Shown: positions 53,058 to 61,995 of the stretch, piece after piece
How the letters are laid out: each line of letters begins with the position of its first letter
Numbering within the stretch: position 1 is the first letter of the stretch
Source of the DNA: Coleofasciculus chthonoplastes F2-STO-03
Lineage (GTDB): Bacteria > Cyanobacteriota > Cyanobacteriia > Cyanobacteriales > Coleofasciculaceae
Assembly: GCA_040222015.1 (NCBI GenBank)
Contig: JAVJWO010000090.1
Coordinates: 1 to 61,995, forward strand
Reading direction: 5' to 3'
DNA length: 61,995 nt
Notes under the pieces: model-generated
What the model was told of the DNA's origin: nothing
What the model saw: only the letters and a program-made list of their open reading frames with translations
Databases searched by the model: none
Translations under genes and position numbers: made by a program

Positions 53058-54360
53058 ATGAACTACGGCGACTTACTTGGTTGAAGTCGCCGTTTCTGAC
53101 GTTTCCTTGCCGATGGCTGCTTCATGCTTGGAGCAATCAGTAGAGCTAGGCGACTCCGCGTCTAAAGAGGCTCGTTCCAAGCCCCTTGCCCAAATTTCGT
53201 TGACTTGGGCAGCATTAACGTCTCTGTCTTCAAGGTGACCGCAGTCAGTATTAGAGCAGACGTGAACTCTGTCGGCTAGGGTCTTGGGTGTTAGTTCCCA
53301 GCATTTAGCACACCGTTGAGTTGGCTTAAGTGTCTTGGTTGGTGACTCGACATAAAAACCACCAGCCTCAGCTGCTTTATAAGCCAGCAAATCGCCGACT
53401 CTACCAAACCCAACGTCAAGAATAGACCGATTTAATCCGGCTTTCTGTTTCTTGCGCTTACCCTTCTTAGCTTTTCGGGTCATGCCTTTAACGTTTAACT
53501 GCTCCCCAGCAATTAGGCTATTACCGCTAACTATCTTGCTGGTTGTTTTGTGCAGCCAATCTTCCCTTTGACGAGCTATCTTGCCCTGAAGATTAGAAAC
53601 TCGCTTTCGTTCTTTCTTCCATCGTCTCGAACCCTTAACTTTCTTGTTTCTGTTAGGCGGTCTCTTGCGTCTTAACCGCTTTGAAGCTACCTTAACCTTC
53701 TTGTGTCCCTCCTTGATAAAATCTGGTTTAGCGATTTTATCACCAGTTGAAAGTGTCACCACATCTTTGCAGCCAAGGTCAATTCCAATTGAGTTTTTAT
53801 CTGTTTGGCGAGTCGGGTTGCACTGCACGGTAATTGACGCATACCACTTGCCGTTTCTAAAAAAGATTGTGCAAGTGGTTGGGGTTCCCCAAGTCCTAGC
53901 CTGACCCCGCATCTGGATCTTTAAACCAAGGTCTCTCAGTTCCAAATAACCGTTTTTGCCATCAGACAAAGCCTTCCAGCTTTGCTTGTTGGGATATGTC
54001 CAGCCACTATACCGCCGCTTAGACTTGAACTTGGGATATTTACCAAGTCCCCGAAAAAAGCCTTTATAGCTAAAGTCAACCCGTTTTAATGTAGCTTGCA
54101 ACGTCTGAGATCCCAATTCAGCATACTCAACCCAAACCTTTTTAAACTCAGGTAAACAATTCTGTTGCTCAAAGTAATCAACAGAATGACCAAGGTGCTT
54201 GTACTGCGTTCTACGGTTAGCTATTGCCGCGTTGTAGAGATCGCAATGCATTTTTCTAGCCCAATGGAGCTTGTCACATTGGGTCTTGTTTGGATAAAGC
54301 CTGAAAGTGGTTCGACGTGTTAGCATACTCATAGTTTACCATTCATTTTAACAAAGTCTG
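53058..54360 (-). mobile_element. IS200/IS605-family element carrying only tnpB
   Basis: Minus-strand right end GAAACGGCGACTT..AAGTCGCCGTAGTTCAT; left boundary approximate. Confidence 0.7.
53073..54332 (-). CDS. tnpB: RNA-guided endonuclease TnpB
   Basis: FRLYPN HTH; RuvC GIDLG / GEQLNVKGM / DRDVNAA; zinc finger CAKC..CSNTDC. Confidence 0.93.
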   Translation of the reverse strand: MSMLTRRTTFRLYPNKTQCDKLHWARKMHCDLYNAAIANRRTQYKHLGHSVDYFEQQNCLPEFKKVWVEYAELGSQTLQATLKRVDFSYKGFFRGLGKYPKFKSKRRYSGWTYPNKQSWKALSDGKNGYLELRDLGLKIQMRGQARTWGTPTTCTIFFRNGKWYASITVQCNPTRQTDKNSIGIDLGCKDVVTLSTGDKIAKPDFIKEGHKKVKVASKRLRRKRPPNRNKKVKGSRRWKKERKRVSNLQGKIARQREDWLHKTTSKIVSGNSLIAGEQLNVKGMTRKAKKGKRKKQKAGLNRSILDVGFGRVGDLLAYKAAEAGGFYVESPTKTLKPTQRCAKCWELTPKTLADRVHVCSNTDCGHLEDRDVNAAQVNEIWARGLERASLDAESPSSTDCSKHEAAIGKETSETATSTK

Positions 54361-54647
54361 ACTTAAAACCTTACTTTAAAAACTGGAAAAAAGGATTATG
54401 GGGAGATCAGCTTTATATTCGTTCGGCTGGGGGTGCGCCACTCAAAATCTTGGCAGAATACATTCAAGGGCACTAAGCGAGGTAGTTGACAGTCTACGAG
54501 ATATTGAAACCCGTAGACTGTCCGCTATCCTGCTCCGGAACCTATTCGTTGAGGTTCCGGAGATAATCGCGACTTTGTTTTGCCCAATGTCGATTAAACT
54601 TGATCACGGCAGATGAAAGCGATCGCAGGAACCATACTATACTATCG

Positions 54648-55202
54648 ATGGGTGAGCTTATCCTGGTCACGGGTCCAGCCCGTTCTGGAAAAAGTGAATG
54701 GGCAGAACAATTAGCCGATCAGACGGATAAGCAGGTTGTTTATGTGGCAACGGCACAGGTTGATCCCAATGATTTAGAGTGGGTTGCCCGGATTGAGAAG
54801 CATCAACAGAGACGCCCTGCCGAGTGGACTTTGGTGTGGACGCCGATAGATTTAGTCGAGACACTTTTGGAGTGGGATCAATCGGATTACTGTCTGTTAA
54901 TTGACTCCTTGGGAACCTGGGTGGCAAATTGCCTCGAACAAGAGGATGGGATTTGGCAGGATACCACAGACACCTTCTGGCGGACTGTCAACCAAAGCTC
55001 AGCCACCATTATTCTGGTTGCTGAAGAAACGGGTTGGGGTGTAGTTCCGGCTTATCCCCTAGGCAGAACTTTTCGCGATCGCCTTGGTCAAGTCGTGCGT
55101 CAGTTCGGTATGATTGCTAATCCCGTGTATTTGGTTACGGGTGGTCATGTGCTTAATCTCAGCACCCTGGGATCACCGCTATCGCGGGAATCGCTACCAT
55201 AG
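54648..55202 (+). CDS. cobU: Adenosylcobinamide kinase/guanylyltransferase
   Basis: LVTGPARSGKSEWAE, YVATA, RIEKHQQRRP, EETGWGVVP. Confidence 0.95.
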   Translation: MGELILVTGPARSGKSEWAEQLADQTDKQVVYVATAQVDPNDLEWVARIEKHQQRRPAEWTLVWTPIDLVETLLEWDQSDYCLLIDSLGTWVANCLEQEDGIWQDTTDTFWRTVNQSSATIILVAEETGWGVVPAYPLGRTFRDRLGQVVRQFGMIANPVYLVTGGHVLNLSTLGSPLSRESLP

Positions 55203-55257
55203 AAATAACAGACTGTAACAATAAAGCAGCTTTTGCTGCTGAGGTTTTATATATTCT

Positions 55258-55869
55258 ATGGCATCTGAACAACAAGTCAAACGCTACCTAGCCTATTGGT
55301 TTCAGGTTGGCAAAACAATTGTCGTCCGCAATGGTGAAAAGGTGCTGCAACCACAGCGAATCATTGCTGGTAATCACTATAGTCAGGAGTTTGAGGAACT
55401 TTGGCAATATCTGCTTTCCCCAGAAAGCGGGGATTGTTATCTTACAGGAACTAGCCAGACGATTTCTGAGTTGTTGACATCAAAGTGGGACGTGGAATCC
55501 TGTTCCCGCTGCGATATGCCTGTTCCTATGTTCAACGTGGGATTACCGCCAGAGTCTTGCGCCTGTAGCGATTTATCCAATTGGCCCAATTCGGATTTAC
55601 CCAAGCCGCGAGAACCGATCAATAATCAGGATCGCTTGAGGACGATTCACCAACGTCTTCGTCATGGGGAAAATCGAGATGGTGGTGATCGAGATGCTTC
55701 TGGCGATCCCAAAAATCAGACCAGAGAATCTCCTCACCCCCCAGAATCATTAAATCAGAAAGAGTATCTACGGTTGGTGCGCGATCGCACCTCTTGTCTC
55801 AGGGAACCTTGGTCAGCATCACCTGAGAATTCCTTGGCATCTGGTAAGCAGAAATCCGCGACCGATTAA
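55258..55869 (+). CDS. Conserved cyanobacterial hypothetical protein
   Basis: MAS..QVKRYLAYWFQ.GK, CSRC.MP, CACSDL..WPN. Confidence 0.75.
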   Translation: MASEQQVKRYLAYWFQVGKTIVVRNGEKVLQPQRIIAGNHYSQEFEELWQYLLSPESGDCYLTGTSQTISELLTSKWDVESCSRCDMPVPMFNVGLPPESCACSDLSNWPNSDLPKPREPINNQDRLRTIHQRLRHGENRDGGDRDASGDPKNQTRESPHPPESLNQKEYLRLVRDRTSCLREPWSASPENSLASGKQKSATD

Positions 55870-56405
55870 TAATTTCTCAATAAAACTTAACGCTCTTGTC
55901 TGGGGTAACTCTTCCGGACTGGATTGGAACCGGAAGTTATTTTAAGTAGAACTTACACCCCAGTGCAGCGTGTTTCTATATTATCTGGTTGAGAGTAAAA
56001 CGTCTTCACCCAAAGGTGACGGAGAAGTCCATTCTGGTCTGAAATGTTTTTTTGGCTACTCCGTCGCTGTCAGTATAGACGAGCGATCGGCTTTGAGCAG
56101 AATCAGGCAGACGCTTGTATATCCCACCTGGAGAGCAGAGCGAGACATCAACCCAGGTGGGGATATGAATTTAAACTGTTTTGCCGACTCTAGGTTGACG
56201 GTATCCAACAAGACATAACTTAAACCGAGCCAACATCCTAGCTGGAGCAATTTTCCGGCTGATGGATGATCATGTTCGCAAAGTTTTGCAAACGATGTCT
56301 TTGTTATCCCTTTCACGCCCTGAAAAGAGTGGATAGGATATCTATCCCGATCGAGTCGCCTGTTTGGGTGTAAGGTCTGTTAAATCGATTGAACCTGAGC
56401 TGATT

Positions 56406-58295
56406 ATGAAGTTCTCCGCTATGCGAAATATAGGAATTGCTGCAGGCGGAACTTTTTTATGGTTTATATTATTCATTAAAGCTCAGACTATCAATTTTAG
56501 TCAACACCATCAGTATCTGTCAAACTTACACCAGCTCCAGGAAACTGACGCAACTTTAAATACAGATATATTGCAGGCTCAACAGGAGTCGTTCAATGAT
56601 ACTGAAACTATTCTTAATGATTTAAACCAGATTGACGACTTACACCATAACTTAGAAGATATACCTGATTTTGTTAATAGAGAGTATTATCCAGAAATCA
56701 AGTCAGCCTTACAACAGAATCGCTCACTCTTTCAAGACAAGCAGGATTTAATCGCAGAAGTGATTGAACAAGAGACGATCCTCAATCAATCTTTAAAATC
56801 CCTGCCTAATACGATTCAAACATTATCGAGTCAAGTCGCAACGGAACCAGGCACTGATGAGTTAATCAATCAATTAAATACTCTGTTGAACGATGTTTTA
56901 ATTTATACCCTATCTCCCAGTGATGAATTAATTCTCAAAATCCAGAGACAAATGGCAGCAATTCGGCAACGTGCCGATGTATTGACAGCATCTTCTGACC
57001 TGAGTCTTTCTGAACTCGATGCCGCCCTAATCTATGCCGAAATTATTGTGACCCATGAATCTCAGGTGGATAGTCTGGTGATGCAAATTCTGGAATTGCC
57101 CACGGAGCAACAAAGTGAACAGATCCTGGACATTTATCAGCATTCTTATCAAGTATTTTTAAGGAAAACTCAAATTTATCGAATTTTATTTTATGTCGTT
57201 TCTGGTTTGATAGCGGCAACCTTATTCATTGTGCTTATCGTAAAAACCAAACAGTTAACCCAAAATCTGCAAAAATGCGAAGAAAAATATCGGATTAGTT
57301 TTGATGATTCAGTAGAAGGAATTTTTAAAATTACTCCAAGTGGACGTTTTTTAACGGCAAATACCACATTAGCAACGATTTATGGTTATGCTTCGGCGGA
57401 AGAACTGTGTAACAATTTAATTAATCTTAATCGTCAACTTTACATTCAGCCAAACCGTCACGATGAATTAATCCGTATTCTGGAGAAATATGGATCAGTT
57501 TCGGATTTTGCATCTCAAGTTTACCGGAAAAATGGCACAAAAATCTGGATTGAGGAGAAGGCAAGAGCTGTCCGCGATAAACACGGTAATTTTATTTACT
57601 ATGAAGGAACCGTAGAAGATGTTACGGTACGTAAAGCATGGCAAGAAGCACTGCACTATGAACAAGAGCAAGCCGAACGCCTACTGCTAAATATTTTACC
57701 CAAAGTAATTGCTCAACGCTTGAAACAACTCGAAAGTACAATCGCAGATAATTTTGAGGAAGTCACAGTTTTGTTTGCCGATATTGTCGGCTTTACCGAA
57801 TTATCGGCTCGCTTTCCCCCCGCCCAAGTTGTTGAATTACTCAACCGAATTTTTTCTGCTTTTGATGAATTGAGTGATTATTATGGATTAGAGAAAATTA
57901 AAACAATTGGGGATGCCTATATGGTGGTAGGAGGACTCCCCACTCCTCGCCCCGATCATGCTGAAGCTACGGCGAATATGGCGCTAGATATGCAACAGGT
58001 AATTACCAAATTTAATAACCAGAACAATCAAACCTTAAGTATTCGGATTGGGATCAACACAGGACCCGTTGTTGCTGGAGTGATTGGCATCAAAAAGTTT
58101 AGTTATGATCTGTGGGGAGATACTGTCAATATCGCCTCACGCATGGAATCCCAAGGGCTTCCGGATAAAATTCAGGTTACTGAGTTTACGTATAAAAAGT
58201 TGCAGGATAACTATCTGTTTGAGGAACGAGGCACTATTCAGGTTAAAGGCAAAGGGAAGATGACGACTTATTTTCTTAGCGGGAAGATTAAATAA
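56406..58295 (+). CDS. Class III adenylate/guanylate cyclase with periplasmic helical sensor and PAS domain
   Basis: Two TM helices, PAS, VLFADIVGFT, KIKTIGDAYM, YDLWGDTVNIASRMES. Confidence 0.93.
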   Translation: MKFSAMRNIGIAAGGTFLWFILFIKAQTINFSQHHQYLSNLHQLQETDATLNTDILQAQQESFNDTETILNDLNQIDDLHHNLEDIPDFVNREYYPEIKSALQQNRSLFQDKQDLIAEVIEQETILNQSLKSLPNTIQTLSSQVATEPGTDELINQLNTLLNDVLIYTLSPSDELILKIQRQMAAIRQRADVLTASSDLSLSELDAALIYAEIIVTHESQVDSLVMQILELPTEQQSEQILDIYQHSYQVFLRKTQIYRILFYVVSGLIAATLFIVLIVKTKQLTQNLQKCEEKYRISFDDSVEGIFKITPSGRFLTANTTLATIYGYASAEELCNNLINLNRQLYIQPNRHDELIRILEKYGSVSDFASQVYRKNGTKIWIEEKARAVRDKHGNFIYYEGTVEDVTVRKAWQEALHYEQEQAERLLLNILPKVIAQRLKQLESTIADNFEEVTVLFADIVGFTELSARFPPAQVVELLNRIFSAFDELSDYYGLEKIKTIGDAYMVVGGLPTPRPDHAEATANMALDMQQVITKFNNQNNQTLSIRIGINTGPVVAGVIGIKKFSYDLWGDTVNIASRMESQGLPDKIQVTEFTYKKLQDNYLFEERGTIQVKGKGKMTTYFLSGKIK

Positions 58296-58342
58296 TCAGT
58301 TTATTTTTCTTTCTCTAGAAGGTTTGTCTTGATAATCCCAAT

Positions 58343-58443
58343 AAACTATCATGCATTTAAATTGGGTATTAGTAAGCTGTCACGCATTTAAATTGGGTAT
58401 AGGTAGCGAGCAAGATGCTCGCACTACAAGGATTTCGTCATTA
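58343..58443. repeat. Partial copies of the 7755-7857 element
   Basis: CATGCATTTAAATTGGGTAT-like end twice, then GTAGCGAGCAAGATGCTCGCACTAC. Confidence 0.75.
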
Positions 58444-58699
58444 TGTTTGAGTATATTTACTTAAGTATATCTACGGGTTCGACTGAGAGCGGATCAACAA
58501 TCACCGAGAATCATCATCAGTTGCCGATCAGAGCTAAAGATGGCAATAGGAGTGATAAGCTATCTCTATAGATGGTGAGTTCGTTAATCAAATAGAAACG
58601 ATTAGTTCTTACTATGCTGTAGCACCCTTAGATCGTTGGGAAGAGAAAGGATGGGTGCGCGGTGGCTGCTTATCGGGTTGTCATAACTCTAAAGTTTGA
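58443..58699 (+). pseudogene. Frameshifted paralog of the small protein at 58792
   Basis: LPIRAKDGNRSDKL, then in another frame NQIETISSYYAVAPLDRWEEKGWV, vs VPLTSADRDALDKL..RQLEQMTSYYSITPLEPWEEQGWV. Confidence 0.6.
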
Positions 58700-58791
58700 A
58701 GTCCTTTGAAGGTAGACGGATGTATTTATGTAAGGCTTCTGTAATATTTATTTATAATAGGTCTATGGAGAAATTGATTCAGGATTAAACT

Positions 58792-59010
58792 ATGGCAAAA
58801 CAGACACAAACTCGTATATATCCCAGGGTTCCTCTAACCTCAGCCGATCGCGATGCCTTAGACAAACTCTTTCAGGGAGTACAGGTTGGGGATTTGCGTC
58901 AGCTTGAGCAAATGACATCCTACTATTCCATTACTCCGCTTGAACCCTGGGAAGAACAAGGCTGGGTGATTAATAGCTCCCTATCTATTCCTAGGGAAGC
59001 AACTGCATAG
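58792..59010 (+). CDS. Small hypothetical protein (72 aa)
   Basis: AGGA upstream of ATG; an adjacent paralog supports coding status. Confidence 0.7.
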   Translation: MAKQTQTRIYPRVPLTSADRDALDKLFQGVQVGDLRQLEQMTSYYSITPLEPWEEQGWVINSSLSIPREATA

Positions 59011-59189
59011 TCAACGTGTAAACTGGGTGTATTATAAATTACTTCTTCTTTTGGCAGAACTCATCGACTATTTCCTTCCACCAGAGAACAACTCCACAGG
59101 ATTTCGCCGTTAGAGTACGGTTAGGCTCACTCGCCTCTGCTGGAAAATTGTCTAATAATAAACATAAGGGTAAGCTTTAATATTGGGCT

Positions 59190-61655
59190 TTGATTCAATC
59201 TGAAACGTTAGAACTACTCGAATGGCAACGCCTGTGCCAGCACTTGGCAACCTTCGCCGCCACTAAACTGGGCGCGATCGCGTCTCGCCATCTTCATCCT
59301 CCCGCTACTTTGGCGGAAAGTCTGCACCTGTTGGCGCAGACAAAAGAAGTCTATCAACTTGAATGTCGATTAACCAGTGGTTGGACGTTTGAGGGGATTC
59401 AGGATATTGGTGATGCGCTAGAGAGGGCGGAACGACAAGGGATATTATCCGGGGAAGACTTACTCGCGATCGCAACCACTCTCTTCGGTGTGCGGCGTTT
59501 ACGGCGTCTCATCGATGATCAAGAAGATATCCCCGTTCTCAACCAACTCGTTGCTGATATCCGTACCTATCCGGAATTAGAACAAGAAATTCATCGTTGT
59601 ATCGACGAACGCGGGGATGTCACCGATCGCGCGAGTCCGAAACTAGCAGACATTCGACAGCACAGTAAATCCCTACGCGATCGCATCTATCAAACGCTCC
59701 AAAACATTGTACAGCGTCAAGGCGGCGCTCTCCAGCAACCCTTAATTACTCAACGGGGCGATCGCTTTGTTCTCCCGGTGAAAGCCCCCCAGAAAGACAC
59801 TATTCCGGGTATCGTTCATGACGCTTCCAGTTCGGGTGCTACGTTGTACATCGAACCCCATGCGATCGTTGGGTTGGGAAATCAACTCAAAACCTATCAA
59901 CGTCGGGAACAAGCCGAAGCCGAAGCCGTGCGCCGGGTGTTAACCGAACAAGTCGCCGCCGTTAAGCTAGATCTCGAACAGGTATTAGCCGTCGCCACTC
60001 GGTTAGATTTAGCCACAGCCAAAGCCCGATATAGCCTCTGGTTACAGGCAAATCCGCCGCGCTTCATTGATCCGAATCAACGAGAATCGATTACCCTGCG
60101 CCAGCTACGACATCCCCTCCTAGTCTGGCAGCATCAGCATGAAGAAGATGCCCCAGTTGTACCCATTACCATCCAGATTCAGCCCCATATAAAAGTTGTG
60201 GCGATTACCGGTCCGAATACAGGCGGTAAAACCGTTACTTTAAAGACATTAGGGTTAGCCGCACTCATGGCAAAAGTGGGGTTATTTGTCCCCGCCAAAG
60301 AACCCGTAGAATTGCCGTGGTTTGAGCAAATTTTGGCAGATATTGGTGATGAACAGTCTTTAGAGCAGAGTTTATCCACATTTTCCGGTCATATTCGCCG
60401 GATTAGTCGGATTTTAAATGAATTGGAAAATTGTAGAGACGCGCCATGGCGCGTCTCTACAGATGGGGAAGAAGATGATCTAGCACAACGGGAACCAGAC
60501 ACCCCACATCCCACATCCGCCCTAGTCTTACTCGATGAAATTGGTGCCGGCACTGATCCAGCCGAAGGAAGCGCCTTAGCGATCGCACTCCTGAACTATC
60601 TGGCGGATCATGCTCAGCTTACCGTAGCCACGACGCACTATGGTGAACTTAAGGCGCTGAAATATCAAGATGAACGATTTGAAAACGCCTCGGTGGAGTT
60701 TAATGATGTCACCCTTTCCCCCACCTATCGCCTACTCTGGGGAATACCGGGTCGATCCAATGCATTAACCATTGCTCAACGGTTAGGATTAAAATCAGAC
60801 GTGGTATCCCTTGCCCAAACCTTAGTGGGGGGCAGTTCAGAAGAGGTGAACCAGGTCATTTCTGGACTCGAAGCCCAACGGCGGGATCAGGAAACCAAAG
60901 CCCAAGAAGCGAATCAACTCCTCCAGCAAACCGAACGCCTGCATCATGAAGTTTCCAGTAAAGCCAAACTCTTGCAGGAGAGAGAACGGGAATTGAAACT
61001 GTCCCAAGAACGAGCCGTACAAGACGCGATCGCCCAAGCCAAAGCAGAAATTGCCCAGGTGATTCGCAAATTGCAGCAAGGACCCCAAATCGCTCAAAAT
61101 GCTCAAAAAGCCACCGATGCGCTCAAAGAAATTGAGCAGCGCCATATCCCCAAACCCCCGGCTAAAGCCAAACCCGCCTTTCAACCCCAAGTTGGCGATC
61201 GCATCCGCATCCCTCGCCTGAATCAAACGGCGGAAGTTTTGACCCCTGCGGATGAAGATGGGGAACTCACCGTGCGTTTTGGCTTAATGAAGATGACTGT
61301 ATCTTTAGCGGATATAGAATCCCTAGAGGGTCAAAAGGCGCATATCCCGGTAAAATCAAAACCTGCATCCACTCCTGCACCAGCCGCCGCATCGCCACCG
61401 ACTCCGCCAATTCGCACCGAGAAAAATACAATTGATTTACGCGGATCTCGTATCGCCGATGCTGAAATTGAGTTAGAACAAGCGATGTCCAAAGCGATCG
61501 CCTCTGGGGTATTGTGGATTATTCATGGTAAAGGAACTGGAAAATTAAGGGCTGGGGTGCATGAATTCTTAGGACGCCATCCTCTCGTTGATCGGTTTGA
61601 ATTAGCCGAACAAGCAGAAGGCGGATCGGGGGTAACCGTAGCTTACCTGAAATAG
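59190..61655 (+). CDS. mutS2: Endonuclease MutS2
   Basis: ITGPNTGGKT, DIGDEQSLEQSLSTFSGH, LLDEIGAGTDP, C-terminal Smr IHGKGTG. Confidence 0.96.
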   Translation: MIQSETLELLEWQRLCQHLATFAATKLGAIASRHLHPPATLAESLHLLAQTKEVYQLECRLTSGWTFEGIQDIGDALERAERQGILSGEDLLAIATTLFGVRRLRRLIDDQEDIPVLNQLVADIRTYPELEQEIHRCIDERGDVTDRASPKLADIRQHSKSLRDRIYQTLQNIVQRQGGALQQPLITQRGDRFVLPVKAPQKDTIPGIVHDASSSGATLYIEPHAIVGLGNQLKTYQRREQAEAEAVRRVLTEQVAAVKLDLEQVLAVATRLDLATAKARYSLWLQANPPRFIDPNQRESITLRQLRHPLLVWQHQHEEDAPVVPITIQIQPHIKVVAITGPNTGGKTVTLKTLGLAALMAKVGLFVPAKEPVELPWFEQILADIGDEQSLEQSLSTFSGHIRRISRILNELENCRDAPWRVSTDGEEDDLAQREPDTPHPTSALVLLDEIGAGTDPAEGSALAIALLNYLADHAQLTVATTHYGELKALKYQDERFENASVEFNDVTLSPTYRLLWGIPGRSNALTIAQRLGLKSDVVSLAQTLVGGSSEEVNQVISGLEAQRRDQETKAQEANQLLQQTERLHHEVSSKAKLLQERERELKLSQERAVQDAIAQAKAEIAQVIRKLQQGPQIAQNAQKATDALKEIEQRHIPKPPAKAKPAFQPQVGDRIRIPRLNQTAEVLTPADEDGELTVRFGLMKMTVSLADIESLEGQKAHIPVKSKPASTPAPAAASPPTPPIRTEKNTIDLRGSRIADAEIELEQAMSKAIASGVLWIIHGKGTGKLRAGVHEFLGRHPLVDRFELAEQAEGGSGVTVAYLK
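60432..60461. repeat. Perfect 30-bp REP-like palindrome inside mutS2
   Basis: TGTAGAGACGCGCCATGGCGCGTCTCTACA. Confidence 0.9.
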
Positions 61656-61856
61656 CTAGATCAGATCACGATATATCGTACCCTGATCACAAAGGGATAA
61701 TTGATTGGGTAGGGGCACGGCATTGCCGTGCCCTATTATCACCATCGTAGTGGTGTGGCAAACCTTAATTTGATAGATTGCCTCATACCCAAAACCTGTA
61801 GGGGTGCACCGACGTGCATTGGTGTCAACTTAAGGTTAAACCGTTACTCAATAAGA

Positions 61857-61986
61857 GATCCCCCCTAGCCCCCCTTTTTGATCCCCCCCTCGTTCCCCTA
61901 CCCCCCTCGTTCCCCTACCCCCCTCGTTCCCCCCTACCCCCCTCGTTCCCCCCTACCCCCCTCGTTCCCCCCTACAAGAGGGGGGA
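61857..61986. repeat. C-rich 17-19-mer tandem repeat
   Basis: CCCCCCTCGTTCCCC(CC)TA about five times. Confidence 0.85.
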
Positions 61987-61995
61987 TGACAGAGG

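Noticed and set aside
54398..54647. Cobalamin riboswitch upstream of cobU
   Set aside because: No recognisable B12-box or conserved GGGAA / GCCACTG core; only generic hairpins
30866..61986. CRISPR arrays at the tandem repeats
   Set aside because: Units are contiguous 7-, 9- or 17-19-mers without unique spacers; no cas genes

Overview
Chromosomal window from a filamentous cyanobacterium. The evidence is frequent HIP1 GCGATCGC, heptamer and 9-mer tandem repeats, five Uma2 genes, petL and cugP; a Coleofasciculus/Microcoleus-like host is an inference. Most of the window is housekeeping: mscS-like, ahcY, exoD, recQ, a PAS/GAF kinase, aroB, petL, sppA, aroH, speA, cugP, scpA, pdxH, cobU, an adenylate cyclase and mutS2. 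The standout is a ~10 kb accessory stack (11.5-21.5 kb) between a NERD nuclease-SF1 helicase-pentapeptide gene and two orphan C5 methyltransferases. It is built from cassettes separated by diverged partial copies of neighbouring genes: the helicase 3' end twice, an antitoxin twice and DUF2442 three times, with two DUF2442 breakpoints falling exactly at HIP1 sites. The stack carries toxin-antitoxin modules, a Menshen-like DUF262/ATPase/effector operon whose effector ends in a colicin-E3-like RNase motif, and an ABC-ATPase/DUF4276 pair split at an A6C slippery heptamer. Also present are two intact solo TnpB elements plus the end of a third, several MITE-like shells that enclose a REP-like hairpin, palindromes inserted in frame in mutS2 and the helicase, and a candidate LexA box. 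No rRNA, tRNA or CRISPR array was seen. All family calls are by eye, without database searches.
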